Source of the DNA: Vitrella brassicaformis CCMP3155
Lineage: Eukaryota; Protista; Chromerida
NCBI GenBank assembly: GCA_001179505.1
Contig: CDMY01000431.1
Location: 13,874-77,873, forward strand
Length of the DNA stretch: 64,000 nt
Direction of reading: 5' to 3'
The notes below the pieces were generated by a model that did not search any database, was not told the DNA's origin, and saw nothing but the letters and a program-made list of their open reading frames with translations. Shown piece after piece: positions 13,020 through 27,539 of this stretch. The first letter of the stretch is position 1; every line of letters starts with the position of its first letter. The position numbers and the translations under genes are program-made.

Positions 13020-16000
13020 ACCGGCCTGCTGCTCACCAACCGGCACATGTCGGTGGCAGAGCGCACCCGACGGTGCCTCGCAATGTTTGACTGGAACAAC
13101 CGGTCCGCATCAGGGAGAGACGCTTTCATGAACGCCAGCACGTGTGTGTCTCTGCATGTGACATGCGATCAGGGGAGGTCTGGACGCGATGGATTTGGCT
13201 ATGCTGATCCGGACGGCGTCCCAGGCGGTGACGGCCCTCACACAGGGGTGTCTGCATGAGGTGACAGACGAGCAGGTGGCCAGGTGGTGCGCACTGGCTG
13301 TGCCCGACAGCCAACTCCCAATGCCCATCAGGCAGGCAGTTGTGCATTCAGTAGCCACACCCCTTCGCTCATTCACTCGGAACAGCCTTTGCCGATTCTC
13401 TGTCTGCGTTGCGTATGCAGTGGTCTTGAGGAGTGGGCAGCCGAGAATGAGGACATCTGCATGTTCTTTGGAAAGTTGGCATTCTCACAGCAGGTACGGT
13501 GCCTACCCACGGGGATTGGGTGTGTGAGCCCTTCCGCTATTTTGCCTGTCCATATGTCTGTGTAGGATGCGGAGGCCATCACGCTGGCCTCTCGCCAGGC
13601 CGAAGAAGATCGGTTAGTACCATGATGCTTAATGTGCTGTCGCTCAGATTCCATCTCTTTCGTGTGTCCTCATCTGTGTGCAGCGCAGCACAGGAAGCCG
13701 CGGCGGCAGCAGCAATAGAGGAGGAGCAGATACAGGTATCCAAAGAGCCAAAAGGCGTACTGAGCGTCGACCCACACACAGCCCATGTGTGTGTCTGTAC
13801 ATGTCTAGGAGCCCCCCGATGCACACAAGGAGGGCACTCGGCTGCGTGAAGTCCAGCAGCAGCCACACATGGCCGAGGAGGGGCAGGGGATCGTCCCTGC
13901 TGATGCAGAGGGAGAAGAAGTGGCGGCGAGCCATGACTATCTGGAAGGCATGTACCGCATCAAGCTTGATGCCGACAAGCTGAGGGCATCACTCGAGGCA
14001 GCCAACCAAGATGAGAAAGAGAGACATGAGGTGAGATCAGCTGCTCTCTTCACCCACACACACATCCATCCATCCATCCACTCTCATCCGTGTGCGTGTT
14101 TGTGTGTGCAGGTCGAGAGCCGCATATCGGCGTTTAGAGACGCCCTCGCATCCATGAGAGCCACACTATCCTCGCACCAGCAGGCCCTGCCCACTCTGCC
14201 GGCAGAGACACTGCCCACCCTGCACACACTCACATCTCTCCATGCCTTTCTGCTGCCAATCATGGACTCCGCCCTCACACACGACCTCTCATCTGTGCCA
14301 AATGAGAGCGAAGGTGGTCATCAGGGCGTAAGTGTGGCTGTGGGACACGTGGTTGGCGTGGCGAGGGAGATGCGCGTGCTCCGGTGCGTGTGCGCCGCGG
14401 CCAAGAAGGCCTATGGGAAAGTGCAGTCGGCCATCTATGACGGTCGGTGAGCTGACAGGAACACAGAGATGAGGGCATTACCTGTAGTGTCTTTCGTGTG
14501 TGTTGTATCCCTCAGCGAGTGCGCTCAAGTCAGCCGAGGACGCACTCGGGTCGTTCCTCACCTCCCACCCCCCTCACACAGAAGTAGTAGATGAGGGCAG
14601 TAGGGATGACACTGATAGCGATGTGCGGGGGGCCCTGAGCAGCAGACTGACCCGCCTGCACACACTCAAGATGAGGACACTGCAGCAGCTCTACCTGCTC
14701 ACCACGGTGAGAGAGATATGACTAGGTATGTGCAGCGATCCATTCGGCGTCTCGTGTGGCTGTGGTGTGGTTGACAGCATCATGAATCCCCAAGAGAAGA
14801 GTTGAAGAGGTTAGTCACCTGTCTCTGTCTGTGTCTCTGCGCAGTCAAGAGGCACTCACTGTGTACACGCGCTTTCCTCTTTTTCTGCAGGTCTCTGTGT
14901 CGCGTGCAGTGCGCTATCGATCAGTGTGCCCACCTTATGAAGGACGACCAGGGCCTCAATCCCGATAAGAAGCAGGCCGTTTCGCGCACTCACAGCGAGG
15001 CACAGACACTGCAACAGAAGACGCAAAATAAGGCACGTTTGCAAGAGAGAGAGAGAGAGAAACATACACTGCGCCGCCTGTTGTTTGCAGATGAGCTCTT
15101 TGTGTGACATTGTGGGTGCCTTGGGGGACTACTTCGATGAAGAAGACGAGATATGGAGCGATCCCGACCCAGACAGTGTCACAATCCGGCTCAAACAGAG
15201 GCTTGCCGACATCAGGAAGCAGGAAGAGTGAGCAGAAGCACACAGTGGAGCCAATATGCACGTCAACCTGTGTGGCTGTGGATGGCTGTTGTGCGTGTAG
15301 GTGTTTTCGCTCTCTCTTGCCCGAGATTGTATCGTCCGAGTCGGATCCACAGATGGTGCATGAGGAGCTCAAGAGGAAATACGGTAGTCAAATAGCGAGA
15401 CAGAGACATGGGATGGAGATCGTTCTGTCTGTGTGTGTGCGTGTGTGCATCTAGATGACCTGTGTGCGCGTCGTGTGACGGCCGACATCCACTCGCACAT
15501 CCATGAGCACGACGCCAAGGCACTCCACACATACCTCACGTACGACAAATCAGACAGACACACACGGACATATGTGCCCTGATATGACGCAGTGCGTGTG
15601 AGGGTGCCGTGTTGGCGACCGAGGCGCTGTCGGCCGTCACCTCATCCCTCGCCGCGTGTACGTGTGTTGCAATGAAGAGGGCAACGAAGGTCTGTCTGTA
15701 TTTCGTGTGTGGGCCTTCAGCGTCGCCGTTGGACGTGGAGATGGCACGTCTCGATGCTGCACAGTGGATAGACACGTACACACGCCCACCGCAAGTCACA
15801 TTCATGACAGACAGACACAGACGTCGTGTCTCTCTCTTTCTATCAGTCCGGCCATATCTGAGATGGCCACACTTCACGAGACGCCAGACTACCGCGGTTT
15901 CAGTGCCGTTCCCTTCTCAAGTGTATGTCACACTCCCGTGGACACATGTGCGTGTTGCGACTTTGAATGCATCTCTTCGTCTGTCCGTCCATCAGGCATT

Positions 16001-18337
16001 TCCCCGCCGTGTGTTGGAGGTCGCCCGCTCACTGTGGCGAGAGGTGGAGCAGCACGGGCGGGGATGCACATGGATACAACAGCAGTCCACACCATCACCA
16101 TCACCGCCAGTACCACCACCACCACCAGCAGAAGCGACCCCAGAAGACACAGACGGCACAGAGCAGCAGCAGCCACAGCAGGCCGCTGATGAGAGTGTAC
16201 AGCAAGATGAAGAGGGAGCAGCACAGCCACCACAGGGACCACAAGCACACGAGGAGGGTGAGATTGAGGGTGGTGGTGAGGAAGAGCCAGTGCATGATGA
16301 GCCGGCAGCTGAGGTGGAGCCGCCGGTGCATGAGCCCGTCGATGTGGGCGAGATGGACATGGCCAGGGTGTTTGAGGAAATGACCAGACGACTCATGCTG
16401 ACTGCAGTGGATGACACTGAGGCTACACACGACGGCAATGAGATGCCGTTCAAAAGGTGAGCTGGGCGAGAAAAGCTCTTACATGGCTTGTGTGGACCAA
16501 TGAACGCCGTGTGCGTGTGTCGGCCAGTGCGTGGCGATTGTCATGCCGGGCTGTGATGGAGCAGCTGTGCGCGGATACCCCCGATGCTGCTACGATCCTC
16601 AACACACTCGAAGACGACACACAAGCTGACGACACACAGCAGGTAGCACACTTATTCCTGTCTCATCTTCAATCTCTGCCTGTCTTTGTGATGGCGGGCA
16701 GGGCGTTGTCGACTCCATCACAAACCGCGCAGCGGAGGCAAGAGGCAAGGCCACCCTGCGAGCGGCAGTCCAGCACATCATAGGCGATGCCGCCACATTC
16801 CAACAGGTAGGTAGCACACCAATGACAGAGAGACAACTGGCGTGTCCTCGTGTCTGCAGGGCATGTCGTCGATAGAGAAGTTTGTGGAGGACTTCTATCT
16901 GCTGTCTCTCCGCTTCACACCCACCGCACCCATACACCCATACCTCTCAGCCACACACAGCAACGCAGACGGCATCGTCGGCACCCCTTCGGGAGTGAGT
17001 GGTGAGAATGGGGGTGCGGTGGATATGGTGAAGGACCCTGCTGTGTCGCTTGCCAAGTGTGCCGGTCAGAAAATAATGTGGAAAGAAAGAAAGAAAGTGA
17101 GTCTGCCTTTATGCTAAATGAACGGATGCAGGCATGTATGCGGGAGTGGAGTGTGTGAGGGAGTGCCATGGCAAAGGTGCGCTGGCACCATACGCGAGAC
17201 ACACGCATGAATGGATGGATGGATTGGTTGGCCACGTATTCCTTTGCTCTCTCAGACGTGGCGGATGTGCCCACACGCAGACGACTGAGGGATATGCAAA
17301 GCGTGAGCAACGAAGCTGCGTTAATGCCTCTGTCTATCTGTCTGTCTGTCTGTCTGTCTGCAGGAGTACATGTGCATCATGCGTGTCATGGAGCATCACC
17401 TGACCACCACAGAGATCGCCTTCGTCACCAACACCGCCAAGCACAACACAGGCGACGCAAAAACCATCAACACGGAAACGTAACACAGAAAGACAGAAAA
17501 GAAGTCTAGAAGCGTGCAAAATCCTGTCCTCTGCCTTTGTCAGCATCTGCAGCATAGTTGAACAATTGGAGTCGATCATCGAGCAGCTGTTTGCCCCCGA
17601 CACCCATCACCTGATCAGCGCTCTCTCTGCTGACACGGCGATCGCTGAACATGATGGCGGATGGGCCAGAGTCATCAGTGCCGTGGCGGGCGGCATGGCC
17701 GTGGAGGGCGAAAAGGGAGGAGGAGAAAACAACAACAACACAGGAGACACAGACGTCACGCTGGGCAAAGTGATCACTGACGAAACGTCCATTCAAGTGA
17801 GATGGAGAGGGACGGGAGCACACAGATGGCTGGATGAATGTGTGTGTCGTGCCTTTGTTCTCCTCACAGTCGATGGCAGACGGCCTCCCTTCTTCGCGTG
17901 GCACAGTGGCTGATTTCTCCCTCTGGTACATGCGCACCCTCGCACACAGCAGGGGCATCGACGACAGCCAAGTCATGGCGGCGAACGATGCACTCGCCAA
18001 ACACGCATCTGCCACGCGAATATGGGTGGGTACATGAGCTGCTCCAGCCACCCTTGATGGATGGATGGATTGGTTCATCAGGTGGCGTCGCACATTCGTG
18101 CCGACGTCCTGGGCGAGATACTCAGAAGGAACGCCAACACAGAAACGGTGCAGAAAGGAACAGGAATCATGTGTCCATGTGGATCTCCTTGGCCCTCGAC
18201 AGATAAGGCGTGCGGCCATGAAGAGGGCCTCCTTGCGGTGGCTGGATCGGTTTGCCAATACGCAGATATTCGAAGCCACTGTGAGACACACACAGACACA
18301 GAGAGAGGCAAATGACAGTGAGTGTGCATGGGGATGG

Positions 18338-18368
<31 letters not shown>

Positions 18369-19000
18369 CAGCGATGGTCGATCGCCGAGTATCGCTGCGC
18401 GGCCGTCGACACGCAGCTGACATTCATCCAGCCCCTCAGCGCACTCACATTCAACGAGATCGAACAAGTGAGTCAGTCGGACTGTCCGCCCACTCATCCA
18501 CTTGTCCACATCCATCTGCACGTACATAGGACGAGTTGTCGAGGCGTGAGCAGGTCCTCACAGACGAGCTCGAGTCGCTCACCAAAAAGGCTGGCGACCT
18601 CACCGATCCAAACGGACACCGGCAGCGGGCATACAGGAGCGAAGAGGAGGACGGTCTGCGGGAGGGCGTCGCGCTGTGGCAGTCGCTCAAATTCCCATAC
18701 GTACGTGCGGCGTCAGGACACGAGACACACGTGTGTGTTGGGCCTCAACCGATGTGCGCAGGACGGTTGCCCTGTGGACGTGCTGGCGATGCAGCTGAGG
18801 GGCTGGCAGCCCATCGACACACGAGACCGGCCCTTGCAGCAGCACATGATTGGCATACCCACTGCAGTGATGCTCACCGATAACATGCGGTCAGTCAAAG
18901 GGATACACATGTCGAAAGCAGTGAGTGTGTGTGGTTTGTCTGGTGTGTGTGTGTGTGTGTGTGCAGGAAAATGGCTGAGGTGTGTGGGGGGCTGAGTGCG
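13020..19000 (+). CDS. Large multi-exon gene of unknown function (approximate limits)
   Basis: Series of GT-AG-bounded, protein-like exons (MDLAMLIRTASQAVTALTQG; YLEGMYRIKLDADKLRASLE; ESIIEQLFAPDTHHLISAL; DELSRREQVLTDELESL) separated by microsatellite introns; no domain recognised; may be more than one gene. Confidence 0.5.
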
Positions 19001-19185
19001 GTCAGATGGCTGAAGACGGCTCTCCTTCCACCAGCAGCACAAGACACTGCCCCGTGATCGATGATATGTCACTCGATGTGTGTGTGTGTTGGGGTAAAAA
19101 CATATGTGTCGCCATGCTTCTTGCGTGCAGTACGTATCTCTCTTTGGCGGGATGTATACGTGTGTACGTCTCTACATGTATCCGT

Positions 19186-19255
19186 CCAGCCAGCCAGTCA
19201 TTCATTCATTCAACAAATGAAACATGGGCAATTTAGGCGAGATCACAACCGAAAG
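19186..19255 (+). repeat. Short dispersed repeat, direct copy at 23454-23516
   Basis: cagccagccagtcattc..caacaaatgaa..atgggcaatt.aggcga..caaccgaaag shared at both sites. Confidence 0.75.
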
Positions 19256-20266
19256 GCCACCCGCTGTCCATCCATCCATCCATCCATCTCGTTTGTTTAT
19301 CGACAGGCCACTGGCGTCACGTCAACGCACCCAGACAGACAGACAGACAGACAGACAGAGGCAAGCAGAAGGAGGCGATCGACCCATCCATCCGTCTTCG
19401 TCGGCTGCACCTCGGCAGCCACTGATGAGTGCCATCAGTAAGTTCCGCTGCGAAGCTTTCGACACCCCTACGGCACACTGAGGGCAGGTAAGCATCAGCA
19501 AGAGGGCAGACAACCTCTCTACCCATCATGGACGCACTGTGAATCTTCCTTCGTTCCTGCCTGCCTCGTCGGGTCATCCGGTCCGCCGCCAAGAATCAAA
19601 TCATGACACTCCACCGCCTTGCCGTGTCAGACTGGACCAAGAGAGACAAGACAGGCAGGCGTCTGCGTTTGCGTGTGCAATGAGACAGAGACGCAATCGA
19701 TCGCAGATGGCACCACTGATAGGAGAGAGACGGACCCTAAGGCAGCTGAGCTAGACCAGACAGACAGACCGGTGAGTGAGTTGAAACTTGTAAGTATCGA
19801 CAGGGGGCTGTAAGGGTATCCACAGGGATAAAGCCGGGACCACACGCACGTGCTAGTCAGACCATATTGTACAGTAATGCATCACAGACACCACGCAGGC
19901 ACGCAGGCACGCAGGCACGCAGACAGCTAATTCATCCATCCATCCATCCATCTATCCACTGTCTGTCTGTCTGTCTCTCTGTCTGTCTGTGTGCGGGAAA
20001 ACGGCAGACAGAGATGTTCGCCGATCTGTCCATCATGCAGGCAGACAGACACGCATTCAGCCCAGTCACCCCCTTTAAGCAAAAATGTTGCCGTGGGAGG
20101 CAGCCACACACACACACACACACGGGGACAAAGAGAGCGATAACACTCATCCATCCATCCATCCCTCCGAAAAGAAAGCAGAAGTCGACGGGCTACGACG
20201 CGACGACGGGAAGCTACCATCTCATTTGTCTATCCATCCGGGCGATCCATCTGTCTGTCTGTCTGT

Positions 20267-23159
<2,893 letters not shown>

Positions 23160-23284
23160 GATGCTCAAAGATGCCCACAGATACGCAAAGATGCACAGCT
23201 ACCCCTGCACAGCACCGCTGATTCGTACCGATAGCCAAAGACTACACGTGTGAATCGGAGAGAGAGGCTGCGTTGGTGATGCCA

Positions 23285-23420
23285 TCCCCACCACGTCGGG
23301 ATAGATTCGATCCCCGCCACGTCACGACCGCGGCCAAACCCTACACTCCAAACCCTACTAGTAGAACCGTGCATATTAGGTTTAAAACCCAAACCAGTTG
23401 CCCAAACCCAACCCTAATGG
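23285..23420. promoter_or_regulatory. Divergent promoter region of BiP and the RING gene, with UPRE-like and telobox-like motifs
   Basis: CCACGTCG at 23291 and CCACGTCA at 23317 (TGACGTGG on the BiP strand); AAACCCTA at 23336 and 23350, AACCCTAA at 23410. Function is inferred. Confidence 0.4.
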
Positions 23421-23589
23421 CTGAGGATACAATGTTTTTGGCGGCTGGTCCATCCAGCCAGCCAGCCAGTCATTCAACAAATGAAGCGATGGGCAATTAA
23501 GGCGAACAACCGAAAGACCTCGGCAAGATTAATATTTCTCGACGAGAGACAAGGCCTCCCCTTTCTTGTTTTCTTCCCCCAAAAGATCG

Positions 23590-25376
23590 ATGTCCGGCCC
23601 ATCTCAACCCCTCCCGCCTCCTGTTGATCGCTTTATCCTGGTTGCTAAAGATGGATTAATATTTCCCCGAGGGTTCCCCCTATGGACGTTCGAATGGCTG
23701 CGCTGCCGGGTATGTGTTCAAGATCTCTCAGTCCATTCTTTACTCCCCGCTGCACGTACGTGCCGCCGCCGGCGTACCCTCCAGGGCCGCGCGGCTTCCC
23801 TCAGACCTGCCGCCACGGCCGCAGCACCGTCTGCACGGCCTCGCTTCACCAGGTACATAGAATGTTGCATTGTGTGGGCGTTTGTGCTGACAGGACGTGT
23901 ACGTGGGCCTCCCATCATCGGCAATGCGGCGGTAGGAGAGCTCACGGAGAGGACTATAAGAGTGGGCACACGTGGCTGTGTGCGTGTGTGGCGTGACGTG
24001 TACAGTCGACCACCCTGGCCTCCGGCGGACAGGCGAGGTGAACAGATGCACACGAGCGAAGGGAGTCAAACCTCACGTGTACTGTTGTCCGATGAATTTA
24101 TTCATGCAGCAGCCGGCCGCTCAGCCCGCGCCACACACACCACAGCCACAGCCACAGACACAAGGTCAGCTCAGCTGCAAAGAAAGAGATAGTTCGGATG
24201 TATGTCGATATGATATGCAGTCAGTGTGCTTTTCGTGTTTGCAGACCGCGGCAGGCCGACGCCGGGGTGCGAACGAAGGAGACCTGGCAGCACATGGATC
24301 GGTAAGAAGCAGCATTCCCCCCCTCATTTATCCCGTCGGCCTTGGTGAAGCATCAGGTCATGGACATCACCGACCTGATTCGGTTTACCGGCTCCTCCGG
24401 GCTCTGCGTGGTGGAGAGAATCATCCACGAGTGCATCAAGAACGACAATGAGACCAAGGTGCTGAGTGTCAAGTGCCACCAGCCGGGTAAGCACGACAGA
24501 CGACATTTGAAGGCTGCCAGGTGCATGATCCACCGACACCCATTCTCTCCTCCTGTGTCGTGTGCAGGGCGGTCCGGCAACCTGGTGGCGCTCTGGGAGA
24601 TCATGACCAGCACTAATGCGGACTGGACGCCATCGCTGGCCTTCCCCCGACTCTTGCCAAGGCTGCAGATAAAATGGGTCGGACATGAGAGGGGTGCAGG
24701 GAGGAATGACGGTTGCGTGGATGTTTTGTGTGTGTGTGTGTGTGTGTGTACGCATGTCTATGGGCAGTCATGGCCCCCCTTAAAATGACCGACACACCTG
24801 CACACCTTTCGTCTCGTGTCGCTTCATATGCTCTTATTCTTTCAGGCTGCAGGAGCGCCTGGAGACGGCGGAGGAGATGGCGTTGCAGGCGGCAGCGGCA
24901 CGGCAGGAGGAGAGAAGAGGCCGAGCGCTGCATCATCTGCTGCCAGGGCGACGGAGACCCAGATTCACCCCTGCGTGAGGCCACAAACTAACAAACGTGT
25001 AACAGACAAACCAATACCGGCTTCGTGATGTCCGTGTGTGCAGGGCCACTTTGGCCTCTGCAGCCCCTGCTACCTGCGGCTGCTGGACCACGCAACGGAG
25101 ACCCAGCAGCCGCCGAAATGCCCCATCTGCCGCAGCCGCATTGCATTCCGCACTGTCGGGAGCCTGCCTTGCTCCCCGATATCATGTGCTGGCGTGTATG
25201 TGGGTTGTGTCATGGATGTTGTGTGAGTCTTGCAGGGCACGCACACGCCCACTGCCACACCAGCAACATCTTCAAGCGAATGTTCCGGCCGCACGTCGAC
25301 TGAGGCGTCGGATGCGGACGAGGACGCCATCAACCACATCGCCCACATTGGGTACGACCCCCAGTACGAGTCGTGA
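23590..25376 (+). CDS. Multi-exon RING-finger gene whose first CxxC knuckle is out of frame (possible pseudogene)
   Basis: IHPC|GHFGLCSPC...PKCPICRSRI spliced in phase 0; CIICC occurs only in another frame at 24929-24943; 5' exons uncertain. Confidence 0.6.
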
Positions 25377-25523
25377 CCCCCATCGCCAAGGGAATTCTCA
25401 AGGGAGACTTCAAAGAGTCAGTGAGGAGGGACGATCGAGCATGGGCACACACACACACACCTACCTACACCTGTAGTGTCCGTGATGTGCAGGTGACGAG
25501 ATATCGGTTGCGGTCAAGAACGA

Positions 25524-25678
25524 CCCAATCGGCCTCTCTCTCTGTAGCCGGCCAGCTGTTTTAAGTGTGTGTGTGTGTGTGTTGGTTGATACCTGGGCTA
25601 CCGCATCGACACACACACACACACACACACACGGGCAGCCACTCTCTTTCTCTCTTTCTCTCTGTCTTGCGCTCTCCG
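25524..25678 (+). repeat. Dispersed repeat of ~155 bp, direct copy at 61413-61563
   Basis: cccaatcggcctctctc..gtagccggccagctgtttaagtgtgt..ttggttgata...gcagccact..cttgcgctct shared. Confidence 0.8.
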
Positions 25679-26394
25679 TTTGAGGAGGGATTGTGTTGTG
25701 TTGTGGGTGGGGGGGGTGCGTGGGTGAGTCTGGTCTTTTGTTATGCGTGCAGCGGAGACATGCACGCAGTAACACCTATCAGTGGATGTATGAGGTGTTT
25801 TCGGGTGGAAGGAAGAGAGAATGAAACGAACGATCGCTGTCTACGTTTTATATCTGTCTGACAGGTTTGCACCTTCCCCATGCATGAATACTTTCCCTCT
25901 GCCCGTGTCTCAGGAACAGCCAACACACGCAATACTACAGAACAAGCACATACGGCCCACCCGCCCGCCAGCCTACGGCAGCTTCCCAACACAGAGAACT
26001 CACAGCCACCAAACAATCACTCACGAGCAGAAAACACAGTGGCGCCATAGCCCACCCACAGGAGCTGCTATGACACACACAGGTGTGTCTCTGCTCGTCC
26101 ATGTCTAGTTGCAAATCCACTGGAGCCACAGACAGACAGACAGACAGCCCTTCCACTGCGGAAGACACATCACGCCGCCACCGCCATAACGGTCAGTCAG
26201 TCAGTCAGTCAGTCAGTCAACTCTACTCTCTCTCTCTCCTCAGCTTGCCTGCGCCGCCGTGCCATGCACACAGCCACCAAGCCATCGGCAGACAACATGG
26301 ACATGCACATCCGGGGGGCAGACAGCGGACAGCGTTTCAAAAACCAAAGAAAAAGCACTCACTATCTATCTATCACAGGTGGGAGAGCAGATCT

Positions 26395-26943
26395 TCATGC
26401 GTTCAGCCAGCGAACGGCGACGACAATCGGGACAAGCGCCCCAAACATCGTCAGCGACGGGCAACAAGATCTCTCACTCCATGTCCAAATGTCTGTCCAT
26501 TCTTTACTTAAGCTTTTGCAGGGCGTCCGCTGCCGCACCTGCCGCCGCGCCAATAACATGGGCCAGCGCACCAAGACCCAAGCAAAGGCCACCAAAACCC
26601 ACAGCGGCTCCATCCGCTCCACCGCTTCAAGGGTCTTGGTCAGCTTGGCCTCGATGGCCGCCTCCTTCTGCAGGGCATCCGCCAGTGCCTTGTTGCTCTC
26701 CACCAGCTGTGCCTGGAGCAGACCCATCTTGGTCTGCATGACCGTGTTGCTGTCCTGCAGCAGCTGGATGGTCGCTACGTGCTTCTCATCTCGCGAATCC
26801 GCCTGCAGCCTCTCGACAGCCGCCAGTCGCCTCTCGATGACAGCTTGCCACCTCTCCTGATTGAGTTCCCTCTCGGCATTGAGGAGCTGGTCAGTAGTCT
26901 CATCAAGCGACAACACGGCGGGAGCTGAGGACGACATCGACAT
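26395..26943 (-). CDS. Small coiled-coil protein with a C-terminal hydrophobic segment, unknown function
   Basis: 182-aa ORF with ATG; heptad-rich (LLNAERELNQERWQAVIERRL...) followed by PLWVLVAFAWVLVRW. Confidence 0.5.
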   Translation of the reverse strand: MSMSSSAPAVLSLDETTDQLLNAERELNQERWQAVIERRLAAVERLQADSRDEKHVATIQLLQDSNTVMQTKMGLLQAQLVESNKALADALQKEAAIEAKLTKTLEAVERMEPLWVLVAFAWVLVRWPMLLARRQVRQRTPCKSLSKEWTDIWTWSERSCCPSLTMFGALVPIVVAVRWLNA

Positions 26944-27539
26944 CCATGCAAGCCAACAACCCCAAACCCGGCCTCAGTCAGTGAGCAGTTTTCTCTGTTG
27001 CCGCCCTGTGCGGGTACCTTGTGCGGATGAAGCTGTGGCCTCTCTGTCCATCGCGCAGTCACCGCGAGCGAGATGGATGGCAGATCTGCGTGGGAACCCA
27101 CCGAAACAACAACGGACATGACGACGATTGACTGACTGCTGTCGGTTGGTGTGGTGTGGATACTCACCCTCCCTTTGTCACAGCCTTTGGTTGGTTGGTT
27201 GGTTATTGACAAAGGGTGTTCGGTGAAACCGCTGCTGATTGGCGCTCGGTCGAACGCAAAGGACATGGCGACGAGGAGCTGGCGCTCATCTCCCTGTGAT
27301 GCTGGGTACGTGAATTTGCCAAGAACAACGGAAATTGGTCGTCAATCGATGGTCATCGGTGGTGACAAAGCTGACACACATACGGTCCACAGCTGACACA
27401 CATACGGTCCACAGCCACAGCAGGCACGCTGGCCCAGTTCATCGAGGTGCTCGTTCAATCAATGTCTTTGCAGGCACGCAACAGTCACAACACAGTCACA
27501 ACACAGCTGCAGTGGCCATGCCATTCCTCTCTGAGTCAA

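Noticed and set aside
23166-23168. TTG start for BiP as given by the ORF track
   Set aside because: The in-frame ATG at 23159 gives a normal signal peptide; eukaryotic initiation favours it.
23336-23417. True telomere or chromosome-end array
   Set aside because: Only a few scattered, non-tandem motifs in an internal intergenic region.
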